Positions 26,960 through 38,461 of a DNA stretch of 64,000 bases are shown piece after piece. A program made the translations under genes and the position numbers. The notes beneath the pieces are model-generated. The model was not told the DNA's origin. It worked only from the letters and a program-made list of their open reading frames with translations, and made no database searches. The number at the start of each line of letters is the position of its first letter. Position 1 is the first letter of the stretch. Source of the stretch: Macrostomum lignano (lineage: Eukaryota); contig NIVC01000433.1 in NCBI GenBank assembly GCA_002269645.1, forward strand, positions 65,641 through 129,640, written 5' to 3'.

Positions 26960-29900
26960 CCCCGCATGCAAAGTCGCGGTAACGTGAGAGGGCGCGTCAG
27001 ATGGCGCGCCGCAGAGCCTGGGAGCGAACGAAGTCCGCGCGCTCCGTTGGCAGTGTCGGGCGCCCTAGCGTCGCACAGCAGGCAGTCCACGTATCGACGG
27101 GTTCGGGCCTGACCCCGCCTGAACGGGCCCTGCAAGGTGAGCAGCAGGACGTCCTGAACAGGCTCGGGGCAGTAGCCCTCGGCCCGGATCACGTTGCCCG
27201 CCAGTTGTAGTCGCCGCCGGCGCAGGATGGTGGACGGGCGCTGAAGCTTGGCCCGATCGTACAGGGCTTCGGTCCCGAGGCTCTCGTCAGATCGAAAGGC
27301 CGCACGGAGCAGCCCTGAGTGCGCCGAGTCCAGCTGCCGTTCTAGCGTAGCCGTCAGCGTCCGAGTCTCGGCGTTGTACAGCAGGACGTTTTCCACCACC
27401 GCCTGCCAAAGTCGAGCCCTCTCGCGGTCGGGCAGCGTTTCGGACTGGACGACGGCCCGGATTGAACACAAGGCCGCCCAGGCAAGTCCTCTGCGCCGCC
27501 GGAGGTCCTCCTCCATGTGGGGCACCAGACCGCCGAGGTAGGTGAACCGCTGGCAGCGTGCGAGCCTGGTCGTCTGCCCGTCTCCGCTGGGATGTCGGCC
27601 GGCACAGTCAGCACCTCGGTCTTCAGCGTGTTGACAACCAGACCGACGCTCGATGCCAACTCGACCAGCCAGTCGATTTGGCGCTGGGCATCTTCAAGGG
27701 ACGAGGACAAGGGCGAGGTCGTCGGCGTAGCCAAGCACGCCCAGGGGATTTTCGCTGTAGCGGTGACCGATGCATCTGCGCAGCAGGAAGCCGTCGTCAG
27801 CCGAAGGGAGTGTGGTACTAAGCACCCAGTCCAGCAGCAGCACGAAGAGGAACGGCGCCAGCGTGTCGCCCTGAAGAACTCCTGATGAAGTGTCGAACAG
27901 GTCAGTGTCGCAATACAGCGCCATGACAGCGTCAACTAGTTGCTTGGGTACCCAGTAAGCTCGAAGGACAAAGGGAAGCGCGGCTCTCAACACCGAGTCA
28001 AACGCCTTTCGAAAGTCAACGAAGACAATGATCAGCGTAGACTGGCGGATGCGCGCCTCCTCGATGACACGGCAGAGTGCAAGGATCTGTGTCACTGTAT
28101 CACGTTGTGGCCGGAATCCGTTCTGCTAGTACCGCAGGTACGGGTCCAGCACCGACTGCAGACGATCGAGCAGCAGCCGGTTGAAGAGCTTCGCGGTGCA
28201 GGATATCAGCGAAATCCCGCGGTGGTCTTCTTTCCACGTTGTCCCTGCCTTCTTCGGGATCGGCACGTTGTGCGCGACGGTCTACTCGGTGAGCGCGGGG
28301 GCGCTGGCGAGCACGCAGTTCATGACGCATGTGACCTGGGAGGCCACACAGCAGATCCGCAGCGCCTCGACCGGGACTTCGTCGGGACCGAGCGCCTTGC
28401 CGCCTGATGTTTTCCGAGCGAACAGCACAACGTTCTTCGTGGTGACTGGTCTGGTGCAGAAGTTCTCCTCAGGCTAAGAGCGGCGTGTTCAGTGAGAGCT
28501 AAAAGCTGGCGGGCAGCGGCGACGCAGGTTCCCTCACGATGCCGGCAAAGAAGTCGCGCAATTTATTTCTGCGCTCCTCCGGGGTGTCACCGGCTTTTTG
28601 CGCCCCATCAGAGTCCGGACGGGCGTCCACACTGCGCTCTTCATGCCTGTGCCGGCTGCAGTGATGGACATAACGGCGTCGTCGACAGCGGCCTGCTGCC
28701 GCTCGTCTAGAAGCCGCTCAAACGCGTCTTCAGCGTCGCCCGTGGGCCGCCGGTTCCTGCGGAGTCGCTCGATGTTGAGCCGCGCTTGCCTGATGGTCGG
28801 GTCGCTCTGCCAGACAGGCAGCGATTTTTTGCGCTGGCCGCAAAAGCAGCGGGACCGTCTGCTCCGCAGCGGCTCTAACGGCGGTGCTGATGTCGGAATA
28901 CTCCGCCTCGCGCTGGTCTCCAAGCGCGCCGACGAAGGCGCCCGCGAATTGACGCTTCACGTGGGTGTCCAATAGAGCGCGATAGTAGCGCCGTGGCCGC
29001 TGCTTTGGCGGTCGGTAGAGCTGGTCGCGGAGCCGCAAGTCGCAGATCAGGAGTCGATGGTCTGACCGGAGAGCCATCGGAGCCATGGTATCGCAGTCGG
29101 TAACGCGGCGGCGTTCGCGAGTGCGAACCAGCGCATGATCGAGTTGCGCTTGTCTCCTCGTGGCGTTCCGGGCGCGTGCGTTCCGCCGCCTTCTCTTGCA
29201 GCCCGCAAAGGTGACCAGGCGGGCAGGGGGCTTGCAGAACTGGTGTTTGCGGACAACAGATACAGCCGGTCAAGCAGGTCCTCCAGTGCGTCGGTGTTGG
29301 CGTTCTCGCGTCCCGGACAAAGGGCGAGCGCTCGGACCACCTCCGTGGGACTGGGTTTAGGTCTCCGAGCACTGCCAGCGTGTCGCGGTTTGGCACCTCT
29401 TCCAGCTGCCGAGTCAGGAAGTCGAAGAAGGCACGAGCCTCCTCGGGGTGAGCAGCGGTGGGTGCATACGCGCAGAACAGCCGGATGCAGCGGGCGCGCA
29501 GTCTCAGGTCGACCCGAATCAGTCGCGGGGGCAGCGAGATGCAGTGCACGCTCTGCTGGAGGCGCGGTCCGATCATCACGCCGACCCCGCCCCGGCCGCG
29601 GTTGTCTGTCGACGTGTACAGGAGGCTCCAGCCGGCTCCGAGGTCCTCAGAGTGGAGCCCCGGCTCAGCCACGATAGAAACCTGCAGCGTGACGAGGTCC
29701 AGCTGTAGGTCGTGGGCCAGCTGGACAAGGATGGTGCAACGCCAGGGGGCCTTCAGAGTTCGGCAGTTCATCGTGCCGAGTCTGAGGCGGCCACCTGGTA
29801 CAGCTGGGGCCAGATGGAGGTTGGCCTTGTGGTCCCCGCGGATCCATAGTTGAAGTTGCAGGGACTGGGGGCGACAGGCGCCCGACCGCGCCACGGAGTC

Positions 29901-30020
29901 GCCCTCGCCAGTTGCGCTCGCGCCGCCGCTCAGTGCGACGCTGCGCGCTGCGCTGACCTCTGCGAATCCCTGCTGTGCTGAACTTTGCTGCCGCAGCCGA
30001 AGCGCGGCTGTCAAAGCCGA
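26960..30020 (-). mobile_element. RTE-clade non-LTR retrotransposon (APE endonuclease + RT), frameshifted and inactive
   Basis: APE motifs LGTMNCRTL, GRGGVGVM, CAYAPT, VLGDLN and SDHRLL. RT motifs VFVDFRKAFDSV, GVLQGDTLAPFLF and YADDLAL. RTE-type C-terminus VLLYNAET..RRRRLQLAG..RRGQARTRRYVD. The single ORF is broken into several frames. Confidence 0.92.
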
Positions 30021-30861
30021 GATAATAAATGCGACGGGAGTGAGGGGGGCTGCCTAGAGGCGTACAAGTATATAAAAAATATCAGGCTAAAGGGGTTTTG
30101 TCTATAGAATGGCTAATGCTGCAAAGTGCACCGCGACACAACTGAATTACAGTTATTTAGTTAGCTCGGCGAGTTTTACAATTTAGCATACATCAAGTAC
30201 ATGCATGAATACCAGCGTACGTGGTAGTTCAAGTGAAAATAGAGAGCTATATGTAAAGACAAATACAAGCTTCTTCTGAAGAGTTTATACGCTAAATAAA
30301 TAGGATCCAAGCATATTTATTGTAGTTTATATTTTAATTTTTGCCGCCTTTCGGAGACAATTTACATCACAATATGTTATTCATATGAGCATTATTATGT
30401 ATTCATGGCATTTATCTTGTGCATCAATAGTTTAATTACTGTAAGAGTAATTTTCTGAAATCCTACAAAAAATATTTCAGGGAAACAAAAATTATATAAG
30501 AAGCGTCGAGCATTTTAATAAACAGCTTCTTGAAGTGGGATTAGGAAAAAATTAATTGGAGAGTCAGTTACAATATAGTAAGAAAATTCAACATTTTCAC
30601 TTCTGATTTCTAACATGAAGCAATAAATAACACAGAACTTTAACAGTGTAGAAATTACAGCTCAAATTTTCTAGTACATTACGACAAAAATTTTCTCCAC
30701 ACTAAGGAAACCAATTTTTCGATATTGCTGTCACTCTGCTTAGTTGCTAAACAAACAGAGTTTGTTTAGGCGTGTCATGAGTACAAAAATGAAGTACTAA
30801 ACGTAACCTACATTATTAAATTTGCAGCTGATATAGCAAGACTATAGCTCGATGGGCATCA

Positions 30862-31625
30862 TTAGCGGATTGATGAACCAGAAACTGGAGATGATCTTCT
30901 TTGACTTGCCCTGGTGGAAGCTTTCAATGTTGGTTGTGGCTGCTCCTGGGGCAGCTTTTTCTGCTGTTGCTTTTGCTCCTCCTGCGGCTGCTTCTGCTGC
31001 CCTCGACTAGCTGCACCGACAGACTGCCTTCGTGGCTCTTTTAATGGGCCTACGGAATTCGTACTCAGCCGAGGAGGCGACGACAATGGCGGTGCAGTTG
31101 TCCGCGGTGCTTGAGTCGTTGAATCGAGAGGCTGCTGCTGATCGGTGTATACATTGAAAAATGGTCCATCGTCCACCAGCTGCAGGCTGTCCCTGTTGGC
31201 CATGACGCACATGCTCTGGTTTGAGGCGTCCGATTCGGCTGGATACAAAACGAATTAAATGAGTTATTAGAATTTCAGCAGCTTTCAGTTTTACAATTGT
31301 AAATCAATTATAAGGGCTAAAAGCGTATCAACGTTCACTGGCAAGTTACTCAGCTGGCAAAGTTCGTAGAATCTATCTCAAACAAAACAGAGAAGTACCA
31401 TCAAAACTCACAGGAAGCATCCTTTCCAGCTTCCGAGTCTTGGCTCGAATCGTTGGAATCAGTTGACACACTACTTTGCTCGAGAGTGTCGCGCTCGCGG
31501 CGACGCTTCCTATCGCCATGCAGCTTCAGAACAGCCGGCACAACTAGCAGGCCAAGTATAACACCAAATGCTATAGCCGCCACGCACACCACTAAAGCTG
31601 CTGCAAGCACATGGAAGTTGGTCAT
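30862..31625 (-). CDS. Two-exon orphan gene (31625-31412, 31238-30862), 196 aa, N-terminal signal anchor/TM segment plus low-complexity Q/P/S-rich tail
   Basis: Donor CCT|GTGAGT (phase 1) joins acceptor TTTTGTATCCAG|CC in frame, 591 nt total. Hydrophobic stretch VLAAALVVCVAAIAFGVILGLLVVPAVL followed by basic RKRRRER. Confidence 0.7.
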
Positions 31626-32185
31626 TTTTTCTAGACTTATAAGAGATATCTAGCTTCTATAGAAAATAGTAGGCAATTAATGCATTTTTCTGAAATAAGA
31701 ATTCGTTTAATAACTGGTAGTTAAATAGTCTTTTTAATTTCACTTCTCAATAGATTCATAGCCGCCAAAGTGAATTCTTCAACATAAACTATTTGTTGGG
31801 CTGCTGTTTTGCACTTTAGTAACGGCTTTTGGTCCACAGTGAAAAGTTGAGAATCGATGGCAGCAGTAGATTCGGTCTTGCCCATAGACATAGACGGAAA
31901 AAGGCAAGCAAGTAGTTGATAATTCTAACCTTTACTGCATGGAAGTCGATGTTTAATTAGATGCTAATTATAGAACTCCTTGGCCTAAGCCCAGCCGAAA
32001 TGGGAATCGTCTATGGTAAAACACTCAACTCATATGGTACAAATATAACTACACATTTTCTCGTACAATGTCAACAAAACAACAGTTTTTTTAGTCAAGA
32101 CATTCTATTTAGACAGTCTATGGTTTGGAGCACTGCTACAAGCATTCAAATTAGACAAACTCAAATTCTTTTTAGCCATGTAATA

Positions 32186-32604
32186 TACCTTTTTGCGATT
32201 TAGTTTGCCAAGACTGCAATCAATTTTGCCCGCGGAAAAATATCACATAATTTTGCTGTCTAGGCCAAGTCAGCTCAGTCATGACCAGAGTTTCAGCCAC
32301 AGTAAATTGTTAAGGGACCTCCGCTTGGCACCTCCGCGAGGCAGAGGCTCTATACGACCGGTTGCGTTGAATTGTCCAACTATGTAAGTCACGGTTCTTC
32401 GTGAGATGCCCAACAGCCTACCGAAATCTTGCCAGTCCTCTCCACCCTGATATGCTTGAATCAATCGCTGCCGGTCCTTCACTGAAATCCTGTTATAAGG
32501 TCCACGCTGGGCCATTCTTTAATCTTGCTATGTATGTCTGTGGTGTTTTCTTTGCTATGGGCAAACTAGGTCGCAGTTTTGGCAAACTAGATCGCAAAAA
32601 GGTA
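32186..32604 (-). mobile_element. 419-bp internally deleted Tc1/mariner (ITm) element retaining the transposase N-terminal HTH ORF
   Basis: 26-bp TIRs TACCTTTTTGCGATTTAGTTTGCCAA (32186-32211) and TTGGCAAACTAGATCGCAAAAAGGTA (32579-32604), 1 mismatch, TA on both flanks. ORF 32515-32279 (YNRISVKDRQRLI...LGISRRTVTYIV...PRGG) is a paired-like HTH. Confidence 0.9.
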
Positions 32605-33404
32605 TACAATTTGAATGAATTTAATGTAATGTAAGAATGTAAGAACGTAATTTTTGCCTCTGGGTTAACATTTCACACAACTGGTCATTTCACACCAGTG
32701 GTCACCTCACAAAAACCTACATTTTTTTTTTACTTTCCAGCTAGCAGTAACTTTTTGGAAGAAGCAAAAATACTACAGTTTGAAATATTAAAATTTTCAA
32801 TAGAAAAAGGCTAATCATGGAAGAAAGTAAAAAACACAAAATGATCATCTGTTTATTTAATATTATTACAAAACGCTAACAGGCATACACACCTACATGT
32901 AGCGTAACTTCGTGGTAATAAGAATGATCAATTTGACAACAACATCTGAGCAATAATAGTGTGTCATCAAGGCAAGTTTGAAGCTCTTATAATTTAGATA
33001 CGAAAATTAATTAACAGGTGATAATAGCCACACGCCGACCTTTCCCGCGACTCTCAGTGTGCGCATGCATTTGTTTTACACTTGTTATTTGTTACACTGT
33101 TTTACATTTTTCGAGCTATGCGAGAGCTTTTACGATCAAAATTTTATTTTGCCTACTATTCTCAGTAGTCTATACAGCACTGTGAAGATTTTCTATCCAA
33201 GAAAAATCAAGACTGCCAAAGAACAGCGTAAGCCATAGAATCACGCGGCCATTTAGTGGGCATTGTATGTACATTTCTAGATGTACATTTGAACAGACGC
33301 TTGGCATCAACCTCTCCCACCTCCGCTGACCCATGAAAGCGACAATAACGAAAGAAATCAAATTAAGCAACAAGGCACACCTGTTTATAGACCGTTTTTT
33401 AGCA

Positions 33405-36400
33405 TCAACGATTAAAACTGTCACGATTAGCCAGCAGCCGCCTGATCATCTCCTGCGGCCCCAGCGCCAGCGAGGTGACGCTCGGGTCATAATCCGGCCA
33501 AAAGTCCGGCTTCAACAGGCTGCTGTGTCCGCCATTCAACCCGTCCAATATTCGGCGATTAATATCGTCGAAATGGCCGTCTGTCATGCGCAGCAGGAAT
33601 TGCCAGTAGGCTGGCCGGAGGCTGTGCGGCTCGAATACGGCGCAGTGGAACACGATGCCGGTTGACAGGGCGTACAGCAGGATGTCGCTGTGCGGCAGGC
33701 GCGGCAGCCAGCCGGCTCCCACAGCCGCTGAGCAGGCCAGCTCGGCAGCTTTGCTGGCGCAGTACATGGCCACGCTGCTGCTGCGGTAAGCCAGCATGCT
33801 GCCACCGGCTGCCAGGCCGCTTGCCGCCCACTGCCAAGGCCGTTGGTTGCCATGGCAACACCGGATCAGCAGGCAGCCGACAGCCTTGTAGATTGCCGAC
33901 AGGCCGCCAAGGAAGGCGCCGAACCGCAGGCTGTCCGAATGGAGCAGGGCGTCGCGGATGGCGCCGACGAGGCTGCGGCGCCGGCGGGCGGATTGAAGCG
34001 CCGAGGCGAGCGCCGTGACGAGGCGCAGCGCCGTTTGGAGACCGAAGCCGAAGGCGAACATGCGGCCGAATTTCTGGGGGGGGGGGGGTAATGTGGCTGA
34101 GGATATAAGGTCTTGTAGATATCCCTCATTATAAGACCAAAAAGTAAGACCGACAGACACACAGACAGACAGACAAACAAATGGATGGAAGTACAGGTAG
34201 ACACACACAGACACAGTGAGACAGACAGACAGACAGACAGACACTAAGACACTAAGACAGACAGACAAATGGATGGAAGTACAGGTAAACACACAGACAC
34301 AGTGAGACAGACAGACAAGCCAGACGCGGACACAGCGCCAGAGCAACTCACGTAGATGGCGCTGATCAGACAGCCGTCGTGGTGTCCATTCGGGCACCGC
34401 GGGGGGCCGCCACCGCTGCCAGGCAGAGCGCGCAGAGCCGCCTGCGCCCACCTGGGCAGCCAACCGGAGGGAGACGGCCGCTCCTGGGTAGCTGGCGGCT
34501 TCTCCGCAGAGTCGCCAAGAATGAATCTGGGTGGTAAGCCAGGGTGCAAAGTTGGCTTAGATTTTAATGCCTTACTCTTCGGTAATCTCTTTTCTTTCAT
34601 ATCATCATTTCTTACTCATCCACATCTACTCTCTCCCTCATCTCCTCCTCTCCCACATCTGCTCTCTCCCTCATCTCCTTAACTCCCACATCTGCTCTCT
34701 CCCTCATCTCCTCCTCTCCCACATCTGCTCTCTCCCTCATCTCCTCCTCTCCCACATCTGCTCTCTCCCTCATCTCCTCCTCTCCCACATCTACTCTCTC
34801 CCTCATCTCCTCCTCTCCCACATCTGCTCTCTCCCTCATCTCCTTAACTCCCACATCTGCTCTCTCCCTCATCTCCTTAACTCCCACATCTGCTCTCTCC
34901 CTCATCTCCTCCTCTCCCACATCTGCTCTCTCCCTCATCTCCTTAACTCCCACATCTGCTCTCTCCCTCATCTCCTTAACTCCCACATCTGCTCTCTCCC
35001 TCATCTCCTCCTCTCCCACATCTGCTCTCTCCCTCATCTCCTTAACTCCCACATCTGCTCTCTCCCTCATCTCCTCCTCTCCCACATCTACTCTCTCCCT
35101 CATCTCCTCCTCTCCCACATCTGCTCTCTCCCTCATCTCCTCCTCTCCCACATCTACTCTCTCCCTCATCTCCTCCTCTCCCACATCTGCTCTCTCCCTC
35201 ATCTCCTTAACTCCCACATCTGCTCTCTCCCTCATCTCCTTAACTCCCACATCTGCTCTCTCCCTCATCTCCTCCTCTCCCACATCTGCTCTCTCCCTCA
35301 TCTCCTTAACTCCCACATCTGCTCTCTCCCTCATCTCCTTAACTCCCACATCTGCTCTCTCCCTCATCTCCTCCTCTCCCACATCTGCTCTCTCCCTCAT
35401 CTCCTTAACTCCCACATCTGCTCTCTCCCTCATCTCCTCCTCTCCCACATCTACTCTCTCCCTCATCTCCTCCTCTCCCACATCTGCTCTCTCCCTCATC
35501 TCCTCCTCTCCCACATCTGCTCTCTCCCTCATCTCCTTAACTCCCACATCTGCTCTCTCCCTCATCTCCTCCTCTCCCACATCTACTCTCTCCCTCATCT
35601 CCTCCTCTCCCACATCTGCTCTCTCCCTCATCTCCTCCTCTCCCACATCTGCTCTCTCCCTCATCTCCTCCTCTCCCACATCTGCTCTCTCCCTCATCTC
35701 CTTAACTCCCACATCTGCTCTCTCCCTCATCTCCTCCTCTCCCACATCTACTCTCTCCCTCATCTCCTCCTCTCCCACATCTGCTCTCTCCCTCATCTCC
35801 TCCTCTCCCACATCTGCTCTCTCCCTCATCTCCTCCTCTCCCACATCTGCTCTCACCCTCATCTCCTTCTCTCCCTCATCTCCTCTCCCACATCTGCTCT
35901 CACCCTCATCTCTTCCTCTCCCACATCTACTCTCTCCCTATCTCTTCCTCTCTCTCCCTTATCTCATCTCCCACATCTGCTCTCACCCTCATCTCCTTCT
36001 CTCCTTCATCTCCTCTCCCACATCTGCTCTCTCCCTTATCTCCTCTCTCCCTCATCTCCTCTTCATCTCCTTCACCTCCTCCTTATCACCTCCTCTCTTT
36101 TATCTTCTCTCCCTTATTCCTCCATTTTTTCTTTCTCATCCCACCTCTCCCCCTTTGTCTCGCTAATTTTCTATCAGCGACTTCCATACAGCGACTGCTT
36201 ACCTGATACCAGATTTCATGCTTCCACTTATTTTATTGGACCTAAAAAGTGAAAATATGGTGCATTGTTTAGGTTTTACTATACATCCGCTAATACTGAA
36301 GTAGTTCAATAATAGCACCTACTGGTACATGTAGAGAAAAAAGCTCGTTGACACGCTAAAGAGAAGAACCTGGAAATTTCGGTACACCAATTGATAATTT

Positions 36401-38360
36401 ATTTTAAAGCATGTCTAGCCACAATAAATAAACGACCGAATTACCTCGCCGTAGGGCAGGGGTCGAATAAGCTTCCGAGTTTTCAACATCAAATAGATTG
36501 TTTCCATTGCCTGAAGAAATTGATTCGTATTTTTAGACAACAAAAAATCTAACTATATAATACCTTGCCATTAGTCAAGCCAATGACTGAAACTATCTAT
36601 GACCCGTACTGTCAATGACCGAAGCTATCTATGACCCGAACTTTCAATGACTGAAGCTATCTATGACCCGAACTGTCAATGACTGAAGCTATCTATGACC
36701 TGAACTGTCAATGACTGAAGCTATCTATGACCCGAACTGTCAATGACTGAAGCTATCTATGACCTGAACTGTCAATGACTGAAGCTATCTATGACCCGAA
36801 CTGTCAATGACTGAAGCTATCTATGACCCGAACTGTCAATGACTGAAGCTATGTATGACCTGAACTGTAAATGACCGAAGCTATCTATGACCCGAACTGT
36901 CACTGAATGAAGCTATCTATGACCTGAACTGTCAATGACTAAAGTATCTATGACCCGAACTGTCAATGACTAAAGCTATCTATGACCTGAACTGTCAATG
37001 ACTGAAGCTATCTATGACCCGAACTGTCAATGACTGAAGCTATCTATGACCTGAACTGTCAATGACTGAAGCTATCTATGACCCGAACTGTCAATGACTG
37101 AAGCTATCTATGACCCGAACTGTCAATGACTGAAGCTATGTATGACCCGAACTGTCAATGACCGAAGCTATCTATGACCTGAACTGTCACTGACTAAAGC
37201 TATCTATGACCTGAACTGTCAATGACTAAAGTATCTATGACCCGAACTGTCACTGACTGAAGCTATCTATGACCTGAACTGTCAATGACTAAAGTATCTA
37301 TGACCCGAACTGTCAATGACTGAAGCTATCTATGACCTGAACTGTCAATGACTGAAGCTATCTATGACCTGAACTGTCAATGACTAAAGTATCTATGACC
37401 CGAACTGTCAATGACTAAAGCTATCTATGACCTGAAATGTCAATGACTGAAGCTATCTATGACCCATAATGTCAATGACTGAAAACTTACTATGTTTGCC
37501 ATGTAGACGGCAAGAAGAGACCGACTGAAGAAAAATAGTGAAAAAAGATGAATTTTTCTTGGAAATTAGGATTTTGAACTGCTCGCAGAAATTAGTAGTT
37601 CATTAACAGATAACTACAAAATCTACCTCATCAAATTAGCCAAAGAATTTTACAATACTCGTATAGACACAATAGTTACAAATATAAAATGATGATATGC
37701 TCAATGATGTCAATACCTGTCAATCAAGTTTTTTAATTTTGCGCAAGGTTACTCCAACATTCAACCGTGCCTCTTTTGTTCAGTGCGTGTCAAATAAGCA
37801 ATTAATTTGCGATAGGTGTAGAAAAGCAGTAAAATGATGCATTACTTGACATTTGCTTTATTAATTTGAGAACTGAAAATGATTAAAAACACCAACTAAG
37901 AGACGAAGTCCAAACATAAAAGCTTAGCATGCGGTTCAACCGGTCTTATCGTGTGAACTATTCAATCATCAACCAATCACCAATCAATCTATCAAGCAAT
38001 ATAATCTATTTATCTACCCATCTATCTATCAGTCAGGGCTCGGCAAACTCCGGCCCTCAAACCCTCTCTATTCGGCCCTCGGGTCCTTTAAAACTTCGTA
38101 ATCGCAATCCGGCCAAGCTCAGGGTTTGTCTCTTATCAGCTTTTTCTCTTTCTCTCTCCTCCTCTCTCCACGTCTGTCTCCTCCTCTCTCCTCTTCTCTT
38201 TTTCCTCATCTCTCTCCCCCTCTCCTCCCATCTCCTTACTCCCTCTCTTCTCTCCTCTCTCCTCTCTTCCTGTCTCTTCCCTCTCTCTCTCCTCTTTTTC
38301 TCATATTTTTTTCTCATCTTATCTCTCATCTCTCTATCTTTCTATCTATTTAGCTATCTT

Positions 38361-38397
<37 letters not shown>

Positions 38398-38398
38398 T

Positions 38399-38429
<31 letters not shown>

Positions 38430-38430
38430 T

Positions 38431-38461
<31 letters not shown>

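Noticed and set aside
27287-29853. Many GC-rich + strand and alternative-frame ORFs
   Set aside because: Antisense or off-frame shadows of the RTE LINE; the same applies to ORFs opposite TMEM135 exon 9 and the 53-55 kb LINE.
34567-36252. 561-aa and 416-aa periodic ORFs (likewise 5917-6657, 10915-11325, 11576-12568, 13198-14124)
   Set aside because: Read-through of minisatellites that lie in introns or intergenic DNA; no independent coding evidence.
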